This document shows, piece by piece, positions 1 through 11,715 of a DNA stretch of 64,000 nt. The notes beneath the pieces were generated by a model that made no database searches, was not told where the DNA came from, and saw only the letters and a list, made by a program, of their open reading frames with translations. The stretch is from contig NC_042999.1 of assembly GCF_006345805.1 (NCBI RefSeq), forward strand, positions 83,390,001 to 83,454,000. The letters run 5' to 3'. The position numbers and the translations under genes were made by a program. How positions within the stretch are numbered: position 1 is the first letter of the stretch; each line of letters opens with the position of its first letter. This stretch comes from Octopus sinensis (lineage: Eukaryota).

Positions 1-392
1 ATACGCACAATAAATTTTCGTTACAATACATCCATAGTTATTATCTTCCCTATACATTAGGTTCAAATTCTATACTCGCATGCACGTTACCATAATAACA
101 TATTAATATAACTCGTACTGCAATACATACATTTGCATATACACATACAAGAAAAATACAAACAATTCACTAGTATACACTCATACATACTACCCTTTGG
201 TAAACGGTGCACACAAAACTACAGACCAATACACGTACATGCACATACTTACTATTATTACTCTTGTACGTACGAAACCTCATTTGTTTTTATGTCATTC
301 CTGGTCATGCAATCGCGGCTAGATTCAACATAACTGCAAACAGAACAAAGTTTTTCTTTCCTTCTATAATTTTCCTTGTTTTGATTATGTAA

Positions 393-428
393 CTTTCTGA
401 AGAAGAGCTAAAATTCGAAACGTCAGAG
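393..428 (+). ncRNA. Minimal type I hammerhead ribozyme-like motif (Penelope/retrozyme type)
   Basis: CTTT-CTGAAGA-A-GAG(CTAAAA)TTC-GAAAC-GTC-AGAG: intact CUGANGA and GAAA core, 3-bp stem II, self-complementary ACGT stem III, 4-bp stem I, GUC cleavage triplet. Confidence 0.5.
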
Positions 429-1059
429 ACACTACAACTTCTGAAATTATCACTCACGACGTTACTTATGTTTGCATCTAGTTTTCTTATCGTTAATTTT
501 AAGTACACAATGCGCGCACCTATATACATGCAAGAGGTTAATTTCACAACCACACGGATTCTGCTCGATGTCACTGAACAGCATCGTTAGCAAGTGTCTT
601 CTATAGTTTTATACATTTTGTCTGTAAAGAGAACGTTTGCCCGGGAATATTTCCGTAGCAAAAGGTTTCCCCATATCCGAGTGTACACGAACGTGTTAAA
701 TGTGATTGTACACAATTATGTTTTATTCAAAGCTGCTACTTGTGATGCTAGTTATTTAATTCCAGCTTAAGCAAACTTTACGCATATCAGTGAATGTACT
801 ATTTACTATCGCTCTTATGAGGTTGCATATGACAAATTCAGGATTCGGAGGCGATTAAATGCAATGACCCAGAAACGTATTCGTCCTACGATCCGATAAT
901 GTCGTTAGTGCTCTAATGCGCTTTCACTCATTTGTCCGCGAGGAAAATTTTCTTCCCGCAGAGAAAGTTCGTCCCACAGCCAAGTATATATATGAACTGC
1001 TAAATATGGTTACACACATACATATTTTAATCAACGCTGCTTCGTACAACTCTAGTTTA

Positions 1060-1071
1060 CACACACACACA

Positions 1072-1117
<46 letters not shown>

Positions 1118-1150
1118 ACACACACCACACACACATACACACACACACAA
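1060..1150. repeat. (CA)n microsatellite
   Basis: Direct reading. Confidence 0.95.
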
Positions 1151-2084
1151 ATGTATGACGGGTACAGTATACGTGCACATACATTTGACAACCAATATAC
1201 ATGTACATACATACACACAAAAAGGAAAATATTATGTGCGCGTGAACGGTTACATCGACAACTCCCACTCGTGTAAGATAAAAGTAAAAAAAAAATTAAG
1301 GAAGTATATTAAAAAATTTTTAAGGAATTCTATCAAAGGAGAACTTATTGAATTTTTAAGAAATCTTTTTTAAATGTTTTGTTTTAATATTAGCTTATAA
1401 AATTCAATAATTTCTTTATTTTTTCTATACAGTTCTTAAACATTTATAAGCTTAGAATGGTTTCGATGAGTATATTTTATTAAAATATTTTAAAAATTAT
1501 TCCTTTGATATAATTTTTGCCATCCATGTGAAAGATAGGGTGTGCCAAAATTATCTTAAAACAATTTTAAGTTTATATTTCGCACAAGTAATCACCGTGC
1601 ACAAAGTTTCGTCACAAAAAAAATTGCTGAACAAGAATTTTGCGCACACTACATCCTATAAATTAGAGGAAACAACGATTGCAATTGTTTAGAATTATGC
1701 TGAGATTGAAAGGGTCAGTTTCAACCCCAGACAACGGAAGATATCCACTAAGGAGATAATAATAACAGGTGATTGTGGTTAATGATCGGAGACCGAATCA
1801 TTTTGCGGGTGAAGGCTAATCTAGTTTTGACTGCTCTACTCAGATGAAGAAGTTCCCTAAAATGGCACTGCCTGCTCTACTCAGGCGAAGAGTTCCCTAA
1901 AAATGGCACTGCTTTAGTCATCATAAAGAAAAAAACTCTCACTACATCTTTGAATAGTCCTGCAATGTCTGCATGAGTGAAATGTATCGTATCTATTTTG
2001 CCTTTCCTCCATGGGCTAATCTACCGAGATTGCTGCAATGAAATATAAAAAAAAGCCCTGTCCTACATATTTGAGTCTTTTTTT

Positions 2085-2295
2085 TTCTTTTACTTGTTTC
2101 AGTCATTTGACTGCGGCCATGCTGGGGCACCGCTTTTAGTCGATCAAATTGACCCCAGGACTTATTCTTTGGAAGCTTAGTACTTATTCTATCGGCTCTT
2201 TTGCCGAACCGCTCAGTTACGGGGACGTAAACATACCAGCATCGGTTATCAAGTGATGTTGGGGGGGGAGGCAAACAGAGGCACACAAACACACT

Positions 2296-2327
<32 letters not shown>

Positions 2328-2491
2328 CATATATAAGACGAGATTCAGTTTCCGTTTACCAAATCCACTCACAAGGCACTGGTCGGCCCGAGGCTATAGT
2401 AGAAGACACTTGCCCAAGGTTCCACACAGTGGGAATGAACCCGGAACGATGTGGTTGGTAAGCAAGCTACTTACCACACAGCCACTCCTGC
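2085..2491 (-). mobile_element. tRNA-derived SINE family S2 (internal microsatellite)
   Basis: Pol III A/B-box-like head on the minus strand (TGGCTGTGTGGT ... GGTTCATTCCC), internal (CA)/(TA) tract, body shared with copies at 6069, 34073 and 60661. Confidence 0.85.
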
Positions 2492-3321
2492 TGTTGAACC
2501 GCTGTAAGAAATAAGTAATATTTCTTCAATAAGCACAAGTTAGTCTATCAATTCCGAACCTCAATCGTTGTCATTATCTATCCAAATGTATTACGAATAC
2601 ATGTTTAACCGGCTTTTTGCAAAAATACCCATGGTTGACATTTAATCCTATAACGCATAAAAGGAAGCGAAATAATTTTTTTATTTCCATTCCCACAAAA
2701 ACAAAAAATTTAAGTGGAATTGTGTAGTCGACAAAATCTTATTCAACCAAAAAATTACATTATGGAACTAAGAAAGATGATATGCTACATCGAACTAGGG
2801 GAGATTTGAAATTAAGAACATAGAAGGACTTAATAGATACCACAAAGTACTTCGTACAGAAATGTACAAAATCTGCACGTTGAAAAGCTGTAACGAATGC
2901 AAATAATGCGGTCTGTAGTTTCTTTTCTCTTTCTCACTTCTATTTATATGGTTGTTACTTTTAGCAGGAAAAGAGTCGTTATTATATTTTGTCTCTCTGG
3001 GACGACTCTGGAAAGTTTTGAAATCAGAACACTATAATGAGATAGCTGACTATAGAAATGCATTTAGTCAAACACACTCTCATCTTTGTTACGCCCAGCT
3101 TGACGTAGACGTTGTCATCAGTCTTTAATGAAGTGATATAGAGAAAATACTCAAACGTTTATATTTGAAACCAATATAGAGAAAATATAGACGTTTGAAT
3201 TTGAATTCAGTACTTGCTGTCTGCATCTTTAACCCTTTTCAGTGCAAGGTTCGATTTACAAGAAAGATGTTACTTAAAAACCAATGCATCGCTCAACCTG
3301 GCAGTGAAGGCGTCGTTTATG

Positions 3322-3553
3322 TTTCTTTATTGCCCACAAGGGGCTAAACATAGAGGGGACAAACAAAGACAGACAAACGGATTAAGTCGATTACATCGAC
3401 CCCAGTGCGTAACTGGTACTTAATTTATCGACCCCGAAAGGATGAACGGCAAAGTCGACCTCGGCGGAATTTGAACTCAGAACGTAACGGCAGACGAAAT
3501 ACGGCTACGCATTTTTCCCGGCGAGCTAACGACTCTGCCAGCTCGCCGCCTTC
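3322..3553 (-). mobile_element. tRNA-derived SINE family S1, tail A
   Basis: Head GGCGGCGAGCTGGCAGAG, B box GAGTTCAAATTCC, 14-bp TSD AAGGCGTCGTTTAT at 3308-3321 and 3554-3567. Confidence 0.9.
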
Positions 3554-4547
3554 AAGGCGTCGTTTATCGTTATGAGGAGGTTGGTAGTAGGAGACAGAGC
3601 GCAAATAGCTGGAACAAATACCGCAAGGTATCACATTGGACTCTTTAACAATTCTGCCAATCTAATGCTATATGCAGGCACATTGTCTACCGACCCGGAA
3701 AACATGAAGGAAAATGTTGTGCTCCGTAGGATTTGAACCGCTAGGCATTGTGTCGGACGCTCAAACGAGTCTTGTCTATCGCCTTAGTTAACATGCAGTA
3801 CATTACTGAGAATTATTTTACTGAATCTGGAATGATAAACGGAAGAGTCGATTTTCAAATGATTTGAACATGACACTAAACTCTGCTAGCTATTTATTTC
3901 GACGCTGTAAATAATATATTTTAAGAAGTAAACTGAAACGAAACAGCAGCAATACGACAGAAAATTGCATGCAATTTTCTTTTACAAAATTATCTCTGTC
4001 AGAACCAAAATTAGGTAGCAAAAATTACTATTGCTGTTAACACGAAACATTTCGCAAGTCAGAGTAGACCAATGATTTTATATATTAAAAGGTTATATGA
4101 AAATATGAAAGATGTAAATATCTATAATGGAATTTTAGCCGAAGGAAATTATCATGAAAGTTAATGCCATTTTCACCAGTTAATCCCAATACCAATCTGA
4201 AAATTACGAACAGACTATAAAATTCCTTATACAGCTGACCTTCCAGTTTTATATGACATCTGTGGATTGTTCAAGAAATTCAGTAATTTCTCTTACTCCA
4301 CTTTGCGCCTTCTCTCTCTCTCTCTCTCTCTCTTCCTCTCTCCGCAAAATACTTCAATATGAATAAAAATAATGCTATATTAGTTGAGATACACTTGTAA
4401 TTGAATTGCTCTATATGTGTTTAGCAATTTAGAACTTTCTAAACTTTGTTACTGATTAAACTATAAATATTTTTTTATTTGTTAAGTGGAATACGATAGA
4501 GTTTAGCGTTTTAACCTTATTTTATTACTGGTATATATCGTAATTCA

Positions 4548-4746
4548 TCGGTGATGTATTGGCAGAATGGTTAGAGCAACGGGAAACGACTTACGTTGTT
4601 TGTTCTAAGTTCAAATCCTACCTAGTTAAACTTTGCCTTTTATCCTTCCTGGGTCGATAAAGTACCCGTTAAGAACTGGGTCGATATAATCGATTAACTA
4701 CCCCACTCCATAAAAATTGCTGGCCTTATGCCTAACTTAGAAACCA
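4548..4746 (+). mobile_element. SINE S1, tail B, diverged
   Basis: Matches the S1 body (GTTCAAATCC ... GGGTCGATATAATCGA ... GGCCTTATGCC). Confidence 0.75.
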
Positions 4747-5169
4747 TTTTACTGACCCTTTAAGGAGGGAAACAAAATTGGTTTTCAGTTACCGACTAAC
4801 GACACTTGGGCTCAGAAAATTCAGGCACCAATTTTATAATTTTATTTTGAGTCCTACAAACCTCTCCGACCTAAATACCTCATTTTCAAGTCTGCGCCTT
4901 AGTTGAGTATACATTCATGTTGTCACAGAAGGCTTTACCCTACACAGTCCCTGTCATTGCAATTTCAAACACGTTCAAACACCTAGTGTATAAAAAGGGT
5001 CATAGTCCAAGGTGTGTCTTTGTGAATCACATCTGCACGTTCCAGTAATCAAATGTATGTATACAGATGTTTTATTTTAAATTAGACATGTCAGTTGAAA
5101 TTTCTGGTAAATTATATTTGAAGAGTATAATTTTTTAATCATTATGTCACTCCCTAAAAGCGGATGAAA

Positions 5170-5345
5170 CCTTGGGGAAGGCGGTCCAGTCGGTTACATT
5201 GATCCCAGTCCTCAACTGGTACTTATTTTATCAACCTCGAAAGGATGAAAGGCAAAGTCGACCTGGGTGGAATTTGAACTCAGAACGCAAAGGCGGATGA
5301 AATGCCGCTAAGCATTTTTTCCCGCGTTACCGATTCTGATACCTT
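5170..5345 (-). mobile_element. SINE S1, diverged
   Basis: Reverse complement of the S1 body (GGATGAAAGGCAAAGTCGACC ... ATTTGAACTCAG). Confidence 0.75.
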
Positions 5346-5980
5346 GCATGTATATATATGTACGCATATCCAGTTTTCTGTAGCTACGGTAATTGTTGAG
5401 TTGTTGAGTATATAAACAGAATTGCTGCTTGTTTCTCTGGAATTTGTCAAACTGATGTAGATACCTCCAATGAAAATCCAATAAAATTCGAAAAAATCGA
5501 TTAAAGGTGTTCATCATCTATGGAGAAACAGCTAAATTAGTCCTGTTTATAAAGGTACTATATAAGTTACACACACACACACATACACACACACACACAC
5601 ATACAAACACATACACACATGAATGCATACTGAGATAATGATGCAAATAAAAAGCTAAAACTGATTGGGCAAGCTATACAAAATAGACATTCATATATGC
5701 ATGTAAATAGAAAGAAAGGAATAATGAAAATATTCAGACGATGAATATTCGTGTATATATATAGAGAGAGATATGCTATATTAACAGAGCAGATTTACAC
5801 AGAGTATAAAGACAATGAAAACTAAAGGCGGAAGGTATGGTATATCGGGTTCGACAGCTGTTTCTTAAAGATCAGAATCACGGAATAATGTCGTTAGATT
5901 CAACACGCAAAAAGTCAAGAATATTTACCCAGTTGGTGAATGCATATAAATTAGGTAACTCTTCAGGTTAACAGCTAACG

Positions 5981-5981
<1 letters not shown>

Positions 5982-6043
<62 letters not shown>

Positions 6044-6068
6044 TATATATATATTATATGTATATATA
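5982..6068. repeat. (TA)n microsatellite
   Basis: Direct reading. Confidence 0.95.
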
Positions 6069-6448
6069 TTCTTTTATTTGTATCAGTCTTTTGACTGCGG
6101 CCATGCTGGAGCACCACCGTTATAGTCGAACAAATCCACTCCAGAACTTATTCTTTGTAAGCCTTGTACTTATTCTATCAGTTCTTTTGCCGAACTGCTA
6201 AGTTACGAGGACGTAAACACACCAACATCGGTTGTCAAACGATGATGGGAGACAAAACAGACAGACAGACACACACACACATACGACGAACTTTTTCAGT
6301 TTCTGTCTACCAAAATCACTCACAAGGGTTTGGTCGGTCCGAGGCTATAGTAGAAGACATTTGCCCAAGGTGGCACGCAGTGGAACACTGAACCTTGAAC
6401 TATGTAGTTGGGAAGCAAGCTTCTTATCATACTGCTACTCCTGCGCCT
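6069..6448 (-). mobile_element. SINE S2
   Basis: Colinear with 2085-2491; head AGGCGCAGGAG on the minus strand. Confidence 0.85.
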
Positions 6449-6505
6449 ATAATATATATATATATATATGCGCATGTATATCTGCATATGTGTATGTATA
6501 TCTGA

Positions 6506-6570
<65 letters not shown>

Positions 6571-6585
6571 TTATATATGTATCTA

Positions 6586-6624
<39 letters not shown>

Positions 6625-6629
<5 letters not shown>

Positions 6630-6775
6630 TTTTTTTAACCTCGTATTCCTTTCTGTCGAAGAGCATAGGCTCGATACGTCAGAGACTTTTCCATTCTTCT
6701 TGAGCGTTAGACTAATATACCTGCTTGATGTTCCTTTACCTGTCTTCGTCTTTTGTTTTCTGTAAATTTGAACTA
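6625..6775 (+). mobile_element. Short repeat with degenerate hammerhead-like motif (Penelope pLTR-like)
   Basis: CTGTCGA-A-GAGC(ATAG)GCTC-GATAC-GTC-AGAG at 6653-6684; homologous to 14990-15190 and 15505-15668. Confidence 0.55.
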
Positions 6776-6792
6776 TACACACACACACACGT

Positions 6793-6827
<35 letters not shown>

Positions 6828-6839
6828 AGAGACCAAAGT

Positions 6840-7570
6840 GTACATACACCATTATATCTATATAAAAAGGAATACTAAAAATGGGACAAGAACGCAAAAC
6901 ATCCAGACGGTTAGATGATACAAAAAAGGGGCAACAAGATATCCAAATAGACGATATAAAAAACAAGTACGGGTCATTCGGAGTTTTCTTTCTTCAGTCG
7001 AGTTCCAGATTATCTTTGCAATTTCGGCTGGTTATACTCGAGATTGCTCCAATCTGGTCAGCCCCAAGGAAAAACTAAGCTAAGAGCACTAGATTCCTCG
7101 GAAGAAAGCAGCGAATGTATACGAAAACAAGGACGGAGAAATGGTACACAAATACAAATGCAAATAAAGAACATTAACAACAAGTGTCTTTTGACTAAGG
7201 ACGAGTTAAATTAAGCTGGCATGTATGAAAGTGAAGCCCTTCGGCATGGACGTAAGAGATGATAGGCATAGGGAGGAATATAGATGTTGCAGGGATGGTA
7301 GTCGAACCAAGAAAGAAAGGTCAGGCTTGACTGAACACCGATCACATGGAGAGAGAAAAGAGAAAGGTAGATGCAGAGGGATAGAAGAATTAGGGTGGGG
7401 GACGAGAAAAAAAGAAATAGGACAGAGTGAAGTGAAAGAGGAGGGAAGGTGAGAATGAAGAGAAAGCCAGGACACGTGAGAGAGGGGGAACGAAAGAAAG
7501 AAGAGTGGAAAGAACGAAGTAAGTGTGAAGGGGTTGATAGAAAGAAGGAAAGAACAATACAGTTGTACAA
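6840..7570 (-). repeat. Unclassified interspersed repeat remnant, possibly Penelope-like
   Basis: Strand-biased non-coding block between microsatellites with a weak CTGAAGA...CGAA motif on the minus strand near 6968-7003; no protein motif recognised. Confidence 0.25.
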
Positions 7571-9720
7571 AATTTATACATATACATTATAATTATACTT
7601 ATAGTATGCGAATACTATTTTCACTGAGCACCCATGTTATTCCTGAATATTGCATTGCTCTTTCACTAGCACGGCTTAACGTTGAAATATAACGCTCTTG
7701 TCCACATCAGCATTTGTGCCCCTTGGACGGTACTCAATCAATTTATTACCGTTAATTAGAAAGAAAAATATACCAGCATAATATACTTTCTACATATGTA
7801 AGTATAAATAATGCCTTAAGTACAAGATTAATATATGTTTAAAAAGGGAAACAGAAGTGAATTGTGACGTTCATACATTAGCAAAAATCAATAGAAATTG
7901 TGGTTAGGGAATTAATAAGAAACTTCTGCAGCCTCCAACGAAATATAGGTCGAAGATTAGACTCTTAGAGTCGCCGAACTTATCTTTATTCCAAAGGGGA
8001 TTCGGCAAACACACACACGCACACGGCAGCATACACTTTTATCTTTATTATATATATGTGTGTGTATGTCTGCGTAGAAGCATACTAACGGACATCACGT
8101 CAGTAATTTCTCCTCTGTTTCATTAAGCAAGCATTACCATGAAAATCAATAGACCAGTTTTGTTTTAATAAGAAGCACTCTAAGTAAGTGAACAAATTCA
8201 CAGACCAATAAACATACCAAAAACAACAATAATAATAATAATAATAAAAAAGTGGAAGAACGAATCGTCAGAATTTCTTTCAGAAAACAAAACATAAGAA
8301 AGTAAATCATAATATCACACACACACACACACACAACACACACACACAACACACACACACACACACACCACACACACACACACACACTCACACGTACGTT
8401 TATGCATTCACATATACACACATTTATGCATTCATTCTCACGCACATACACGTACAAATACACTAGTAGCTGCAGCTTCTCAAAGACTAGACGGTCATTT
8501 ATAAGAATAAGTATAATATCTTGATATTTGCAGCCAAGCAAACTGATAAGAGTGAATGGAAGAGAGAAAGAGTGAGGTGAGAGAGGATAGATATCGTGAG
8601 AGAGACAGAGAGAGTATGTGTACGAATCGCCAATTTTAGGAGAGACAGTGAATAGCTAGCAGTGAGATTAGATGTTCGTATCGTTCAAAGGGCGCAGCAT
8701 TATGTATGTATGTGATCAGGGGACTGAGTTTTTTAAGGAGGGGCTTGACCACATGGTCAAGAGTAAATAAGTATACTTTGCTTGCTATAGGTTACCTATA
8801 GCAAGCGGGGACACTGTAAAATCGTTGAGTATTCCCCCATTTTTGGGTTGTATTTTCTTTGAAATCACTTGAGAAACTGTTCCAGTGTGTTCATATTTTG
8901 ATTCTCTACGCAGTCTTACTGAAATTTCGAGGTTAATTTCTACCACTGAATGTTGGCCTATCTTAAAACTAACAGGGAACATGGGCCAGCAAGGGAGACT
9001 TTACTTTACCACTCAGTCTACTCAGAAAAGAAGAAACATTTTTCCTTTCAGTGAAGATCTGTTCAATCAGAGTCGACGAAGTTAAATAACAACAGTTGAT
9101 AGTGCGTATTTTACCCCTGGCAATGACCTTTGCCCTTCGCCATAGAACTTAGACTTTCAAAACTCACTGTACATAATTCTACATAAAAGCAGTGTTCGTT
9201 CTTGTTTACATCCTTGTCTACTGTAATCGAGAAAAACTTTTAATCAATGACATTCCAGGGTGTAACCATTCCGTTTTGATTTTGTTAACCAAGGCCTACA
9301 AACTCCAGTAAGTTTTTAAAATTTTATTTTAAGACGATATTGTATGGTTTGGAAAAAATCCACCTCTGTTCCTGAAAGGTCGAGTAAGCACGTAGAGGTT
9401 TCCTCATTGGTACTGTGATAGTGGTGGTGGCGGTGTGAGTGATGAAGCCATAAAACAAAACACACACACACATATGGATGAACATACGTGCTAGAATGTT
9501 GCAAATAATTAATTTGATACGTTATACTTCGAAGGAAAAGAAGTCGAAGTGGACAGAGAAACAGGTAAAACAGAAGAGGGTACGGTGAGGGGAAGAAGGT
9601 TAGAAGTAAGTTGTCGTTGGTGATGATGATTGTGTTGGTTGTGGTAGTAGAAGAGGTAGTGGTTATGGTTATAGCGTTTGCGTTGTTGCTCTTGTTGATG
9701 GTGATGATATTGACGGCTGT

Positions 9721-10190
9721 CTTCTGCTTCTTCTAATCAGGACTCACGCCATTAGCCACAAAGAATAATTTCTAATTCGAGCCTACTCTAAGCTACAAAG
9801 AATGCGTGTGGCAATTCGAAGATCCACCCACCACACGCGATAGATTGGCGGTTGTTATCCTCATTCTGTAAACGGTGGCTTTTAACGGATGGAGAGCTGA
9901 ACCATCCTGGGGTACAGAGGATTCGCAATCTAGACTAGGGTCTGCAAGTTTACTACATCATAGTGGGTTACACCATGGTTCCTCTGCTTTGTGACATAAG
10001 TAGGAAGAAAGAGTGAGAGAAAGTTGTGGTGAAAGAGTACAGGGGGTTGACCTCCCCCCATCCCCGCCGGAGCCTCGTGGAGCTTAGGTGTTTTTGCTCA
10101 ATAAACACTCACAATGCTCGGTCTGGGAATCGAAACCGCGCTCTTACGACTGCAAGTCCGCTGCCCTAACCACTGGGCCATTGCGCCTCC
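9721..10190 (-). mobile_element. tRNA-derived SINE, head H1 with tail T3
   Basis: Head GGAGGCGCAATGGCCCAGTGG / GGTTTCGATTCC as at 36874; different tail ending in AGAAGAAGCAGAAG. Confidence 0.75.
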
Positions 10191-10920
10191 ACTACGGTTG
10201 TCGTTGTCAAATAAAGTGGAAGACAATTATTATTATTAGAAAGTAAAAATTAATATCGGAAAAAGAAATTACTTAATCTTATCCGTTTAAAATAGATGAA
10301 GTAAAAGGAGTGTGTTTTTATGTGGAGGGCGAGTTTTCTATGCACTCCATTGACGATCACTTCAAAGATATGGAGATGAATATCTGAAGGAACAAGAAGA
10401 AAATTGCACAAGTTTTCAGCTTCAGGAGTTAGAAATGATTGGCTTCGTTCTTCGGTGCAGGTTCTAATATCTGTGACAGAATAGTTTTGATGAGACGAGG
10501 GTCGTCGTATTTTTCAAGAGGAACAAAACGGTTCCAGAATTAAAAGGCAGAGAAAATGAACAATACTTCTACATGCCAGCGATTATATTGGCCTGATAGC
10601 AGTGGTTGTCATGGGTTGGTATGTTAATCTCAGAGATTATTACTTGTATCATCTCATTTATTAACGTCATGGTCTTTGCCAAATAGGTAAATAAATAAAC
10701 AAATAAAAGTTTGAAGAATTGAATAAGCAGATCAAAATATATTTTACCACTTTGCTGCAGGTAACCTCTAAGACCCAGGATTCTGCATATGATCGCGTGA
10801 GACAGACATGGATCGGAAGGAGGCAGCTCTCTTTAATTGTTTTATTTTTGTTTTCATAGCTTCCTTTATTTGTGTCTTCAGAATTGCCTGCCGTATATAC
10901 ATTATATATTTGATGCATAT

Positions 10921-11143
10921 GTTTCACGTCGCTCCTGTCCACTCAGTTGGCAAAAGTCAGTTGTATCTGTAATTCCCAAGGAGCAGTCTTGTCACATTCT
11001 TTTCACGTTGAATCTCCCTATGAACTACGTTAAGGGTACGCGTGTCTGCGGAGTGCTCAACCACTTGCACTTTAATTTCAGGAGCAGGCTGTTCCACTGA
11101 TCGGATCACTGCAACCCTCGATGTCGTAACCGACGGAATGCCA
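10921..11143 (+). mobile_element. SINE H2-T1, 5' truncated
   Basis: Matches 26400-26640 and the T1 tail of 36874-37240. Confidence 0.8.
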
Positions 11144-11285
11144 ACCAGTTTAATGTATCTGCTTTTTATTGGTGCTATTTTACGGATGATTAATGTTTCT
11201 AGAATCAACAAGTTGAGAACATTGTCAAACCATTCTGGTAATCAATTCGGTCCCCACTGAGATATTCTACTCTTCTACAATATTC

Positions 11286-11715
11286 TTTTCTTCTCAAGGT
11301 ACAAGGCCCGACATTTTTGGGAAGAGGGCCAGTCGATTAGATCGACCCCAATACGCAACTGGTACTTAATTTATCGACCCTGAAAAGATGAAAGGCAAAT
11401 TCAATCTCGGCGGAATTTGAACTCAGAGCATAAAGACAGACGAAATACTGCTAAGAATTTCGCCCATCGTGCTAACGTTTCTTATTTCTTTACTGCCCGC
11501 AAGGGGCTACACACAGAGGGGACAAACAAGGACAGACAAACGGATTAAGTCGATTATATCGACCCCAGTGTGTAACTAGTACTTATTTAATCGACCCCGA
11601 AAGGATGAGAGGCAAAGTCGACCTCGGCGGAATTTGAACTCAGACGTAGCGGCAGACGAAATGCCCCTAAGCATTTCGCCAGGTGTGCTATCGTTTCTGC
11701 CAGTTCACCGCCTCC
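11286..11715 (-). mobile_element. SINE S1 dimer (tail A unit plus tail B unit)
   Basis: Two tandem S1 units; near-perfect 16-bp TSD CTCT(T/C)CTACAATATTC at 11270-11285 and 11716-11731. Confidence 0.85.

Noticed and set aside
600-1060. CpG-containing block considered as an snRNA, 7SL/7SK or promoter
   Set aside because: No match to the conserved RNA sequences I can recall and no clear promoter architecture.
6968-7003. Minus-strand CTGAAGA...CTCCGAAT hammerhead-like motif
   Set aside because: Stem II is mismatched, GAAA is broken and there is no convincing stem I or III.
8785-8982. ORF with GGILNDFTV, reminiscent of glycine-cleavage T-protein family motifs
   Set aside because: The similarity covers only a few residues, an in-frame stop lies just upstream and there is no clear exon structure.
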